Shown here in pieces: positions 20,063 through 30,981 of a DNA stretch of 64,000 bases. A program made the position numbers and the translations under genes. This DNA comes from Caecitellus pseudoparvulus. Taxonomy: Eukaryota; Protista; Bigyra: Bicosoecida. The stretch spans positions 248,001-312,000 of the forward strand of contig CBFFRQ010000096.1 of NCBI GenBank assembly GCA_965644315.1, read 5' to 3'. Every line of letters begins with the position of its first letter. The first letter of the stretch is position 1. A model generated the notes under the pieces. The model worked only from the letters and a program-made list of their open reading frames with translations. It was not told the DNA's origin and ran no database searches.

Positions 20063-20146
20063 AGCGTGTGACGATATTACGGAAATTCAACGCTTAGCTT
20101 CGGCTCTGATGAATTGTTCCAAATCGAGCTTTTTAATTCCGATGCT
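20063..20146 (+). ncRNA. SNORD36: Box C/D snoRNA, U36 (SNORD36/snR47 SSU target) homolog
   Basis: Stem AGCG/TGCT; C GTGACGA at 20068; C' CTGATGA; guide CGAGCTTTTTAA + D CCGA at 20139 complements SSU UUAAAAAGCUCG (yeast Am619). Confidence 0.85.
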
Positions 20147-20164
20147 GTGCCGTGCCCTTGGAGG

Positions 20165-20247
20165 AGTGCTGAGGTGTGATGATTGTCGTTGCCGCCCCAG
20201 TCTGACTGTCGATTGAAGAAAGGCAACATGTGTCTGACCCCAGCACT
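20165..20247 (+). ncRNA. SNORD31: Box C/D snoRNA, U31 (SNORD31/snR67) homolog
   Basis: 7-bp stem AGTGCTG/CAGCACT; C GTGATGA at 20176; guide TGCCGCCCCAG + D' CTGA at 20202 complements LSU P-loop CUGGGGCGGCA (yeast Gm2619, E. coli Gm2251); D CTGA at 20234. Confidence 0.9.
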
Positions 20248-20347
20248 TCCCCCACGCCCGTCTTGTCGGCACACTCACCCTGCCTCGCGGAGCCCTCACT
20301 CGCTTCTCTCTTATTCCACAGTTACAGCCATGAATGCACTTGTTGTC

Positions 20348-22560
20348 TCAAGAGTCACCCATGAACATACTAGCAACTTTGCACGCTTCATGATCCTTGT
20401 GCCCGTGAAAGAGGTGCACACTATGAGCAGCAAGCACATGGGCAAACCCTTCTGCTTTCGTCGGCGCCTGAAATGCGCTTGGGCTGAAGCCACTGCGGAT
20501 CACGCGGTGTGGCACATGCCGCCGATCTGCTATGTTAACGAGTCCCGGAAGCTCAAAAGGGCAGGTTGCACGAAACATGTTCAAGTGGGTTGCTCTTGCT
20601 ACCGAGCCGGGCAGCACGACAGCAATCGCAGTGGCGCCATGCTGCTGCGCAAGGGTCAGCCAGTCGTGGCGAACTTCCACAGAACGGTTGGTTGCGTCAA
20701 TCACAACACTCCCTCCTACCTGTAGAGCATTTGCTGCAGCCTCAATGCACTTCCGCTTGCTGCCTAGTTTGTCTTGGTTCACAATGGTCATGCTGGAGCC
20801 GTGCAGGCGTGCCCACGTGCTCTTGCCGGAACCTGGCGGACCCACCAGCACAGTCAACGTGGGCCCTTCATGCGAGGCACAGATGTCATGAAACACCTGA
20901 TCCATCGCTGCTGAAGTGCTGTGAGTGCTGGCGTTCAAGTCTCGGTGCGGAACAAAGCCCAGCGCACGGTCCACAAGCTTTGGCGCATCCAGGGGCGACC
21001 CGTGCACTCCAGTGCAGCACCCGGCAAAGAGTGCGTTCGGCGTCAGGAAGGGAACGCCTACATTCAAGGCTAGTTGTAAGTCACTGCATGAATGGTCTGC
21101 TTTCGGGGCTGCAGCTCGCTTTCCACTGGCCGGAGGCACGTACCCTCCCGCAGCAACCTTGTCCTCCTTCGACCTTCCAGCTGCGTCACCCACGAACGCA
21201 GCCATGGGAGGTGGGGTCAATGGAGAGGGGGGTCTGCGGGCAGCGTAGCACAACTCCTGTGCCAGCATCCACATCCCAGGTCGTGGCTTGCGAAAGAAAT
21301 CGGCTCCGTGTGTCGCTGCGAGGGTCAAAGTTGGGACTCCGGCGGCTTCGAGGGCGGCAGAAATACCGGCGAGGCGATCGCGCAGTAGGGGGGCTCGTGT
21401 GGCAGCCTTAGCACCACTGGCACCGCTTTGGTTGGTCAGGAGCACGATGGGTATGCCTGCTTCGTGCACGCAGCGCAGAACTGAAGGAACGCTGCTGTGC
21501 CACCACCCCCAATCGTCTGCACTGCTTGGGAATGCCCGGCCAGACTTCACAACTCTGACCACCGTGTCATCGACGTCCAAGGCAAGCATGGGCCCAGAGT
21601 CATACCCCTTTGGCGGTTCCGCTTGTTCCGGCCACCCTTGCCAGCGTGGGCTGACGAGCACAGCAACGTGACCCCAGTGCTCGTACTTGTGCAGTGGGGT
21701 GACGGGGGGCAGCACAGCCTTTGCGGCTGGACAGACATCTCCCCCCTCTGCAGCTGCAGTGGACACATGCTTCTGGGCTTGTGGCTTCTTCGAAAACATG
21801 GCTGCCAGGCCAGATTGTTTGCCAGACGTGGAGGCGGCCGAAGCTGCTGGCACGCACTCACCCTCTACGCCGGCAAAACCAGGGACCCACGCGCCGTCTC
21901 CCTGGAGGGAGATCCACTCGCCACGAGGTAGAGATGTGCAGCTACCACCCTCCGGAGTCTCCTTGCGCCACGGCAACCGGAGTTGGGACGGGACGTGAAA
22001 GCAGCTGTCCTGTGCAGCAGCTTGCAATGCCCGCTGCAACGCGCTTGGCATGTTAGGATCACTGGATGCTTCCTGGGCCTTCTGTGCTGGCCGTTTTGCC
22101 CTTGGCTCTGACGCGGTTTGCTCAGGTTGGCGGGTGCGCTTTTGTTGGCCCCCACAGGCTCCTGGACCCGCCATGTGTGGCACGAGGTACAGCCCGATAT
22201 CATCAGGGTGCCCTTTGCTCAAGGCGTCCAGCGCCCAGTCCACGCGCAAAACAGGACCTGTAAATTCACCCTCGTCCATCACGGCGCGAAGGACCTGGAC
22301 AGCTCCAGCTGATGCGTCTGCCTCCACCAATGCCGCCGTGCATGCACTCGGAGGGAGAGCCTGAGGCTCAAACAGCACCTGTGCCCCGGCACCCCCAAGC
22401 AACGAGCTCAGCCCCGCGATGCGCTGCAGAGACAGGCAGATGAAGTGGATAGGTGCAGATGTAGCGTTTTCAACGGAGAGTACCTTACCGCCTCGCTGAA
22501 CACCTTTCGATGCAGAAGCAGATGCCAGCCATGTAAGGCTTTGCCTGCGGCTTTTGCCAT
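20348..22560 (-). CDS. PNKP: Polynucleotide kinase 3'-phosphatase with N-terminal BRCT-like domain
   Basis: HAD motif LDVDDT, TNQSG, FRKPRPGMW, FVGDAAGR, DHSCSD; kinase P-loop GPPGSGKST, VVIDATN. Predicted ATG at 22560 and phase-0 intron 22488-22424. Confidence 0.88.
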
Positions 22561-22938
22561 GCTCTTGTTGCGTATGGATTAACGGAAAGACGGATGCACA
22601 AGGTACGGCTTGAAATGGTGGCCGAGAAAAACCAAACCAAGTAGGAATGAAGAATAAGATTAGCGCTGCGCTGGTGTTCGGCTTGTATTGTATGGCGACG
22701 GCTGCATCTCTCTGCCATGGCGTGGTGCATTGCGGAAAGCCCGGCCACAAACAAGTCCTTCAAGGTAAAAAGCATGCGCGAGCATGTGTCACAGGTAGAG
22801 CATCCGTTTCATCTAGACTCTTTGCTCCATGTCTGCGCGCCGCTGCTCGTTGGCACTCACCCAGCAGAACAAGCCACTGGCTAGTGTGCGGAACTTGGGT
22901 TTGAACCAGCTGCTCGGTGCAGGCGTTTTGAGCCGAGC

Positions 22939-25201
22939 ATGGCACAAGAGGACTTTGTTGATGAAACGCAAGAACTACTTCGAAACATAGACAGCAGCGA
23001 ATCAAAGGTGCAAGGTGGGTGGCAGCGGAAGGCGACGGCAGTCTGAACCTGCCGCTGCCGCAGGTCTGGCTCACTGCCACGCACCCCTGCCTGCCTTGCA
23101 GAGGCCGCCGCGCACTTTTCGTTCCACATCAAGCAAGTCTCAAGCTTAGTGGATGTATGGGAGAACGAGTACACGGGGGAATACGGTGCGGCAGCGTCCT
23201 CCGCGGTGCTCATGCAGATGTCACATTCTTATCCCCCCACCCTGCACAGTATCGGACGACTCTCGCAAGGCGCTGCTGTTCCTGGCGAATGAAGTCTTGC
23301 GCGGCGCGCGCCGCGATGAAGATGCAGAGACATTTGCGGATGTGCAGCGGGCGTTCGAGGGGCCATTGCAGCGTGCCGTGCAGAACATGTTCAGCGAAAA
23401 GTCCCAGCTGCTTGGCAAGGCTCGTGATCTGTGCGATGTCTGGCGCAAACAGGGGCTGCTGAGCAGTGATGCTCTGGATGACCTACAGCGACTGCTCAAC
23501 CAGGACTCCGTCGGCGCTGCAGATCCTGACGGTGATGAGACAGCGGCTGCCACTGCAGCTGTTGCTGTTGGCCTTGCAGAAGCATCTCCACTGAAGCAGT
23601 TGCATGAGACGCTCCTGGCGCCTGGGGCGCCAAAGGATGTATCCGGCACTGCTGCAGTGCCCAAGCACACTGTGCGTGCCGCCAACTCCAGGGTCGCTAC
23701 ACAGGTACAAGTGCTACGGCAGTTGGTGGAGCAGTCCGAGGCCGCAGCCGCTGCCGACACACTGTGCCGGGATTCGACCAACGAAGCCCAGCGCCTTGCC
23801 AATGTGGTGGAGAGCTTTTCCCTTCAGCGCTCTGCATCCGCCTCTTCCCCGCCGAGCCTCCCCTACGACGCTGACCAAGCTGCCGCGGCGCTGGCGGCAG
23901 GCGTGGCTGCACTGGAGACTCAAGCCAAACGCACAAGAGGCTTCATTGCCTCTTTGAAGGCAGCTCAGACGCAGTTGGAGGAGGAGGAGGGCCCCGAAGT
24001 GCACGCTGCCGCTGAAGAAGTGCAGGAGCTGTGCAGCTCGGAAGCCAAGGCGCTGGCCCCCGGCTCCAAAGGCGGCCGGGGCAGTGACGCAGCCGCGGCA
24101 CTCCGCGTGGCATCTGGCAAAGTGCGGGGGGCGTTGGCTGCTGAAGAAGGCACCATTGCCTCCAGCTGCATGGATGCGCTGTATGTCCTCATGCGGGCCA
24201 AGTGGAGTGCTGTGAACGAAGCAAAGTGTGCCGTGCCTCCTTCCAAGCCTGTGGCTGAGTTGGTCCGGCCCTCTGCAAGGGTTGCCCACCGGCGAGAAAA
24301 GTCGGGAACATCAAGCTCATCCGACATACATGAAGAGGCTGCGCGTCTCGGCTTTGCCATGGTGGGGGGTGGCATTTCTGTGGCCCTTCTGCGAGGCCTT
24401 GCTCCGCTCGTCCGATCTCCGACACACCCTCCGCCCACTGCCCACGGACCACCCAAGATGATGAGCCAGGGCACTCATGCTACTCACCCGCGTGGGAATC
24501 AGCGTGAGCCTCAACCTGTTTCGGATCAACACCTCCACGCCCCAGCTGCTTCGACGTTGGGAGCCACAGCTCCCCCGCTCATGAACACCTCCAACGGAGG
24601 TGGTGGTGGAGGGTACGGTGGCGGGGGGCCGCCTCCCATGGGCGGAGGTGGAGGGTACGGTGGCGGGGGGCCGCCTCCCATGGGTGGTGTTGGAGGGTAC
24701 GGTGGCGGGGGGCCGCCTCCCATGGGTGGTGGTGGAGGGTACGGTGGCGGGGGGCCGCCTCCCATGGGTGGTGGTGGTGGTGGAGGGTACGGTGGCGGGG
24801 GGCCGCCTCCCATGGGTGGTGGTGGAGGGTACGGTGGCGGGGGGCCGCCTCCCATGGGTGGTGGTGGAGGGTACGGTGGCGGGGGGCCGCCTCCCATGGG
24901 CGGAGGTGGTGGTGGAGGGTATGGTGGCGGGGGGCCGCCTCCCATGGGCGGAGGTGGAGGCGGCAGGCCACCCAGCACAGGCCGTGGCCTGCTAGGTGCT
25001 CCTCCAGGACCAGGTGCATTCCGTGGCCCACCTCCAGGCCGGGCACCACCGCCAAGCATGGGGGCAAGGGGCGGTCCGGGCCAGGCATTGAGCCGGGGCC
25101 GACGTGACATCACGCCCCACTGGATGACAGCTCCGCCACAGCACCATGAAGGCAGTGTGCAGGGCCACAGTTCCGGGCAACGCAAGCGCCCTTTTCGTTA
25201 A
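22939..25201 (+). CDS. CID (Pol II CTD-interacting) domain protein, RPRD/Rtt103-like, with Gly/Pro/Tyr repeat tail
   Basis: The spliced N-terminus (two short introns inferred) gives ...LVDVWENEY...RKALLFLANEVLR...LCDVWRKQGLL, a typical CID pattern; low-complexity C-terminus. Confidence 0.65.
24595..24960 (+). repeat. Coding tandem repeat, 42/48-bp unit x8, (G5-7)YGGGGPPPM
   Basis: Eight near-identical units with variable GGT triplet number. Confidence 0.95.
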
Positions 25202-25219
25202 AGTGTTCACATGCATTCT

Positions 25220-26240
25220 TCAACGCTCATCTCCCAACAGCGCGCCCTGGGAGCGCCACCGCCGCATGGACGCCGACCGGGACGCTGCCTGTGCCTCTTC
25301 CTCCTCTAACCGCGCCATTGCGCTGGCCTGGGCATTGGACACGGACTGGTTGGACTCGCGTCCTTGCGCCATGCCTGCTGCTCGGGCTGCTGCGAGGCGG
25401 CTCTCCTCGTGCGTATCGGAGGAGGCCATGGACCACAGCATGTAGGCGAGGATGGCGCCGGCCACCGCCACGAGAGCCGGGGTGATGGCCATGGACATCA
25501 TGGAGGAGCGCTGGCTGGGCACATCAACACGGGTGCGGTGAAGGCGCTTGACGCGGCCCCTCACGTACGCGTCTTCGCGAATGCGCCCCAGGGCGTTGGT
25601 CATGGCCCCCCGAAAGACAGCGTCGGCTGCTGCTGCGCTGGAGGCTGCCGCGGCGCCCTCCCCGTACCGAGCATAGGCAGCGCCTCCTCCTTTGGCATAC
25701 TTTTCGTTCTTGCTGGCGTGGGTCTTTTGCTCCTCGTGCACTTTTTCGTCGTACCGCATGCGCTTGTGTTCGTGGGACAGTGTGGAGTAGGCTTCAGCAA
25801 TGACTTTGAAGAAGGCCGGGTCCTGTGGCATCGCGAGCGGGCCGATGCCTTGTAGCAATGCAGCGCGCACCAAGGCATGCAAGTATGCTCACACTGGTTG
25901 CGTTGCCCATATCAGGGTGGTGCTCCTTGGCTGAGTAGCAAAGGGTCGAAAGTGCGGCAGTCAGCGCCAGCCATGCAGTCGTAATGCGGCGCGCCTCACC
26001 CAACAAGCGGAAGGCTTCTTTGATTTCGTCGTGGCTGGCACTGGGCTCCACGCCTAGGATCTTGTAGTAATCGAGGAGGGGCTCTGAAACTCCTTGACCA
26101 CCTTTCCCTGCCCGTCCTTGCCCAGCAGCGAAAGCCGGCGGAGTTACGTGAAACGCGGCCGAAGGCACACCACGCCTCACTGCTGCAGGCAGCGATGCAG
26201 ACACCCTGGTCATGAGTGGTCGGAGGTGTGTGCTTGCCAT
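25220..26240 (-). CDS. DnaJ (J-domain) protein with predicted mitochondrial presequence and one TM
   Basis: Arg/Ser-rich N-terminus; DYYKILGV...IKEAFRLL|AKEHHPD...|FKVIAEAYSTLS (HPD motif) across two introns; TM ITPALVAVAGAILAYMLW. Confidence 0.85.
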
Positions 26241-26690
26241 TCTGCCTTGATTCAAGTGCCACTCTTGGCCGCTTGGTTCTCTGGCTCTCACGACAAGGGC
26301 CCGCGAGCTGATGCTGCGCGGAATTTGTGATCTGCAGACTAGGCGACTGCTCAAGTGATGCTCGGTTGCGATGATTGTTTGCAACGCAAGGGTGACCAGG
26401 TGGTGAATGGACATATGGAACCTTTGTTCATGTCAGCTTTTATTTTGTTCTCCGCGAGGGTCTTCTTGTTGCTGAGAGAGTCTGCACCAAAGCTGACAAA
26501 CCGGGCACTCTCGTTTCACAGGCTTGCCACAGCAGACTGTCGACCCGGTGCCTTCACATTCCAAAAACACCAACCACGGTGCAGGGCTGTGCTGGACGGT
26601 TCCCTGCAGGACTATCTGCACATCTTGGCTGAAGACCTTCACTCTTGCCAGCGTGCAGGGGCCACAGGCAGCGATCGTGCAGGAGGAAGC

Positions 26691-28122
26691 ATGGCCAGCA
26701 CCAAGCTGCAGGAGTACGTGGAGGCTGCGACGTATGCGGTGGAGCACGAGAACGGAGAATTATTAGCACAGCTCATCACATTGAAGCACGACGATGAGTA
26801 TGTTGATAAGGGCTTAGCAGACTTAGCTACATCGGTATGTGCGTCAGCTGCGTCGCCGCCCGAAGCGATTTCCGCAGTCGCCTTGCTGCTCGTGCAGGGT
26901 CACAAGCCGTTCAGGGACGTGGGCGGCAAGTACCCCGAGATTCTGGAGGCACACTTCAATGCTATCCTAGCCATCTGCGAGTGTGACTGGCCTGGAGCAT
27001 ACGCAGCACAGTGCACTGCGCTGACGTGAGTTGAGCGGAGGCGCCCAGCAGCACGCAGGAGGCAAGTCTTACGCCCTCGCCTTCGCAGCGGACTAGCGGC
27101 TGAAGCAGGGCGCTGCAGCTCTGCCTGGCTTGTAGCGCCGCTGCATGCAGTGGTCAGGGATGCTTACACGCTGTCGTTGGCAGCCGAGGCCGCGGTGCAG
27201 CAAGCAGGCACACAAGAAGCGGGGACACTGACGAAGGAACTGGTCATGGCACTACGCATCACGGCGTCGAAGATCAACACGCGGAAGGTGCCCAAAGACG
27301 AAGCACACTTGGGCATGGGGGTGGGCTTGCTGTACGTCCTGAACATGTGGCTCAAGTGTGTCTTCAAGGTGCGAGCATGTTTCCCCAGCGTGCGGCCGCA
27401 GCGGCGTCCGCCAGCACTGCATATCGCACGCCCCTCCACAGCTGGGCATGGTGGACCAGGGCAGGTTCATCAAGATCATCCGTGAGAGCTCCCACTTCCC
27501 TGCTGCAGAGCACTTCCCGCTGAGCCAGTGGGTCACGTTCAAGTACTACACAGGGCGCCTGGCCTTCATCCAGGGAGACATGAAGGAGGCCAACACCCTC
27601 CTCTCCTTCGCACTCAAGCACTGCCCAGCGTCAGCCTCTCAGAACCTTCGCCTCATTCTGAAGTACCTCGTCCCCGTGCGCATGACCCTCGGCTACTTGC
27701 CCCACCCCAGCATGCTGGCGAAGTACAACTTGCGCGTGTACAGCCAAGTCGCTGACGCCATGCGGGAGGGTGACTTGCGCACCTACCGAGAGGCCATGGC
27801 CAAGCACCAGCTGGAGTACATTCGCTCGGGGGTCCTGCTGTGCATGGAAAGCCTGCAGCTCCTCGTGTACCGCCGGCTGTTCATGCGCACCAAGTTGCTG
27901 CTGAACCACAACAATGTGCCCTTCCGGGCGCTGTCGGCGGCAGCGGCCGCGCGTGGCGACGACAGCAGCCAAGAGGAAATACTGTGCATTATGTCAAGAC
28001 TCATCTCCAGGGGCTACTTGCAGGGGAAGCTGTTTTTGTCAGAGGAGATGTGGGTCATCTCCAGCAAGGCAAAGCCGCTGGCGCCGCTGACCAAGCTCCT
28101 GAAGCTGCGGAGCTTACGATGA
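26691..28122 (+). CDS. PCID2: PCI domain-containing protein 2 (PCID2/Csn12-like)
   Basis: [35 protein letters not shown] and winged-helix end [14 protein letters not shown]; about three short introns inferred. Confidence 0.85.
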
Positions 28123-28837
28123 GGAGGACCCGCCTTTGGCGTATGTGGCGTCCACCATCTTTGCAAACTCGTCTTGGTTTGCCCACAGAGCGGCCGCAGC
28201 TTGGTTGAGCGGGTCGTCGTTGTTGGGGTCTGCGACGGGGTGGGCCAGGTGAAGTGCCGTTGGCCGCTCGGCGTCGGCGCGCCAAGCCGTTGCGCGCTCG
28301 CACGGGGGTGCGCCGCGGTACCCTGCAATGTAAACTCACCTGCCAAGAGGCTCTGAATACTGAGCAATACAGTGCGCACGTTGTATGTGGGGGTCCATTG
28401 GTCCTGTGCAGGAAGAGTGCGGTTCGTGTCAGCGCGGTGTCGGTGCGGAAATTGAGTGCACCTGCCACGCATCCCACCTTCAAGATGTCCAGGCAGATGT
28501 TGCCGGCCTGGTCCACATTGGGGTGGAATGTGGGCGTCGTGAACTTCACCACTGGTGCCTGGTGGGGGTACGTCTCGCTGAAGGAGATGCTGAGCTTGAA
28601 CGTCTTTCCCTCGTAGACCGAGGCGGGCGGTCCGGTGATGGTGCCGGCCCACTCGAGGATGCTCTCTCCGGATGGGAAGGCACTGATGTCCTTGCTGCCT
28701 GACATCATCAGGCCCATGAGCTCCTTCTGCAGGCGCTTGGCCACGTTGCCGCTGCCTCCGCCGCTGCCAGCTGCTGGCGCCTTGGCACCGCCCGGTGCGG
28801 CAGCCGACGCTCCCGTAGAGTTTGCCACCGTCGCCAT
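28114..28837 (-). CDS. UBE2C: Ubiquitin-conjugating enzyme E2 C (APC/C E2)
   Basis: [35 protein letters not shown]|[20 protein letters not shown]|DPNNDDPLN; two introns; TAA at 28116-28114. Confidence 0.92.
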
Positions 28838-29069
28838 GGCTAGTGTGTCTTGTGTGGGCGAGAGGCCAGTGATTCTAAGCTACTTGGCAGAGCCAGGTGG
28901 GAATGCGAGGTGAGTCAGTCAGTTGTGTGTAGTAAAACTGAATTTGCACGGGCTGGTTTGTCTGCGAGGAGTCTCAGGAAACAGATGTTCACCAAGAAGT
29001 GGCAAAGGGGCTTGTGGAGCAGCCAACAGCCCCACACGTCCGCCTCCTTGCATCTCCTTCCAGCAAGCC

Positions 29070-30965
29070 ATGATTGGCACGACGGTGGCGGAAGCCGGCT
29101 CTCGTCGACGCAGACGGGAGCCTCAGCCCGATGCCGGATTCGTGCCTGCGACGTTCTCCTCATCTCGGACATCCCGTGGAAGTAGAGCACAGCAGCGGCC
29201 AGAGGACTTCATGGATGACTCGGACTTCACTGCGTTTGGCGCGACACTAGCCGCTCAGGGGCAGTACACGGGGGCTCGGGGCAGTGCGGTATTTGCGCAA
29301 CAGGCAGGCACACACGCTGAAGGCGCTCTGAACCGCGGACTTGCCGCCAGAGGTATAGCGGGCGTGTCTGATGCTGTGGCATTCTCCCCGAATGTGATAT
29401 CGTCACTGTCTGCTCCCCAGCTCTCGCTAGGTGAGCGCATGTTGCGGCAGATGGGCTGGCGTGCGAAGGCCTCTCAGCGAGCAAAGCTGGCAGAGCAGGC
29501 CAAGGAGGTGGGCCTGCACGCTGGCGCCTTACTGCCAAAGCTGGACAACGCTGGTATCGGGTATGTTGGCAGCACTGGCGATGCCACCCTGGATGCGCGG
29601 GCACAAGCCAAGCGGGCAGGGCAGCTGAGCCACGTGACGATGGCTGGCAGCGCAGCACACGAGCGCGCCACAGCTGCAGCCGCCCAGCTGCGCAAAGGCC
29701 TCTTCCAGCCCCATGATGATGAAGACGACATTCATGCTGGCGTGGACATGTCCCAGTACGACATTGCTGCCACAGTGGAGGAGGAGGTGTCGAGCCGCCT
29801 GGCCTTGCCTGACAAGGCAGCGCCGCCGCGGCTGACGGGGCCTCCAGCTCAGCCTGGGCGCAGGGCAGGCCACGACGGGCTGCCTGCCCTGCCCGGCTTC
29901 CTCATTTCCCTGACTCCGCTCCGAGTGGCGCTGTCAGTGCCGCAGGGCACGCCACTGCTCACTCCAGCCGCTGTGCCGGCGGGCTTCCAAGGGTTGCACA
30001 CGTTCCGTGCGCCCCCCCCCGTTCCCTTGGGCCAGGAGCGCACGGCGCCAACACCGGCGTCGCGAGGGGCAGCACTGGGAGAGCAGCCCCCGAAACCCCC
30101 ACTTGCACTGCCATTGCCCCCCCCACCGCCGCCCACGCCGTCCCAGTCGGCAGGGTCCACTGGGCAAGGCGCCAGCACCCAGCGCTCAGCCCGCCTGAGG
30201 TCGCAGTTCGTCTCTGCAGGGACTTCCAAGGGGGGTGCCGGGCCCACGACTGCAAGTGGTGCTGATGGCGCCCCCACACCCAGCACCTCCTTGGCAGGGC
30301 ACCCCATCGTGTCCGCACGTGAGTTCACGCCTGTCATTCGGCGCAGTGCTTGGGCGCCGCACCGGCTTGTGTGCCGCCGCCACAACGTCCCTGAGCCAGC
30401 CACCACCCAAGCAGCCCCACAAGGGCGAGGTGCCCTCCCCAGTGCCCCTCACGCTCGTGTTTCGGCGCAAGCGGCAGCCATTGCGGAGGTCATGACTTCG
30501 TCTGCAGTCGTGGAGGCGGCCGGAGACGCGGAGGATGAGGAGGCGGCGCCCTTGCCTCCCCAGGTGGACAGGAGCCTGCTGGCCTCTGTCTTTGACTCCA
30601 GCGACTCCAGTGACTCGGAGGATGACGATGGCGGGGAGGCGGCTGAGCCAGCCCCCGCCGCACCCACACCCAGCCCTGAAGCACACACAGCCAAGGCAGC
30701 ACCAAGTCCTGCCCCCCCTTCAGCTGTGCGCCAAGTGCCGCCCCGCGATACCAGCGCCCCCTCCTTGCATACAGCTGTCCCGGAAGCCATCTTTGGCCCC
30801 CCACGCCCACCACCACAGCGTGCCGCAGCCAGTGCCGCAGCGCCGCCTGTGGCCACCTCATCTGACTCCGAAAGCGACGAGGATCGCCGCCGACGCCGGC
30901 GCAGGCGACGAGAGCACAGAGACCGCGCCAGGCACAGTGAGCGCCGCAAGCGTCGGCGGCAGTAG
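29070..30965 (+). CDS. GPATCH1: G-patch domain protein 1-like (GPATCH1/TGH)
   Basis: FVPATFSSSR..RPEDFMDD, G-patch LGERMLRQMGW, WAPHRLVCRRHNVPEP, Arg-rich tail. Start uncertain. Confidence 0.75.
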   Translation: MIGTTVAEAGSRRRRREPQPDAGFVPATFSSSRTSRGSRAQQRPEDFMDDSDFTAFGATLAAQGQYTGARGSAVFAQQAGTHAEGALNRGLAARGIAGVSDAVAFSPNVISSLSAPQLSLGERMLRQMGWRAKASQRAKLAEQAKEVGLHAGALLPKLDNAGIGYVGSTGDATLDARAQAKRAGQLSHVTMAGSAAHERATAAAAQLRKGLFQPHDDEDDIHAGVDMSQYDIAATVEEEVSSRLALPDKAAPPRLTGPPAQPGRRAGHDGLPALPGFLISLTPLRVALSVPQGTPLLTPAAVPAGFQGLHTFRAPPPVPLGQERTAPTPASRGAALGEQPPKPPLALPLPPPPPPTPSQSAGSTGQGASTQRSARLRSQFVSAGTSKGGAGPTTASGADGAPTPSTSLAGHPIVSAREFTPVIRRSAWAPHRLVCRRHNVPEPATTQAAPQGRGALPSAPHARVSAQAAAIAEVMTSSAVVEAAGDAEDEEAAPLPPQVDRSLLASVFDSSDSSDSEDDDGGEAAEPAPAAPTPSPEAHTAKAAPSPAPPSAVRQVPPRDTSAPSLHTAVPEAIFGPPRPPPQRAAASAAAPPVATSSDSESDEDRRRRRRRRREHRDRARHSERRKRRRQ

Positions 30966-30981
30966 TGCATTGACTGTAGGG

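Larger units (their letters stand above)
18719..20321 (+). ncRNA. Putative non-coding snoRNA host gene (spliced lncRNA with small exons); first donor to last acceptor shown
   Basis: Donors GTGAGT at 18719, 19016, 19257, 19427; GTGTGT at 19829; GTGCGT at 20025. Pyrimidine-rich CAG acceptors end at 18961, 19195, 19419, 19767, 20023, 20321. They bracket the snoRNAs, and there is no credible ORF. Confidence 0.65.

Noticed and set aside
18300-20340. Lower-GC gap as an inserted virophage or transposon
   Set aside because: No terminal repeats, integrase or capsid ORFs; the composition is explained by snoRNAs.
22561-22750. N-terminal extension of the 800-aa PNKP ORF (similarly the ORF-track starts at 23153, 26355, 28923, 53645, 57183)
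   Set aside because: Non-ATG or intron/UTR read-through; spliced models give better proteins.
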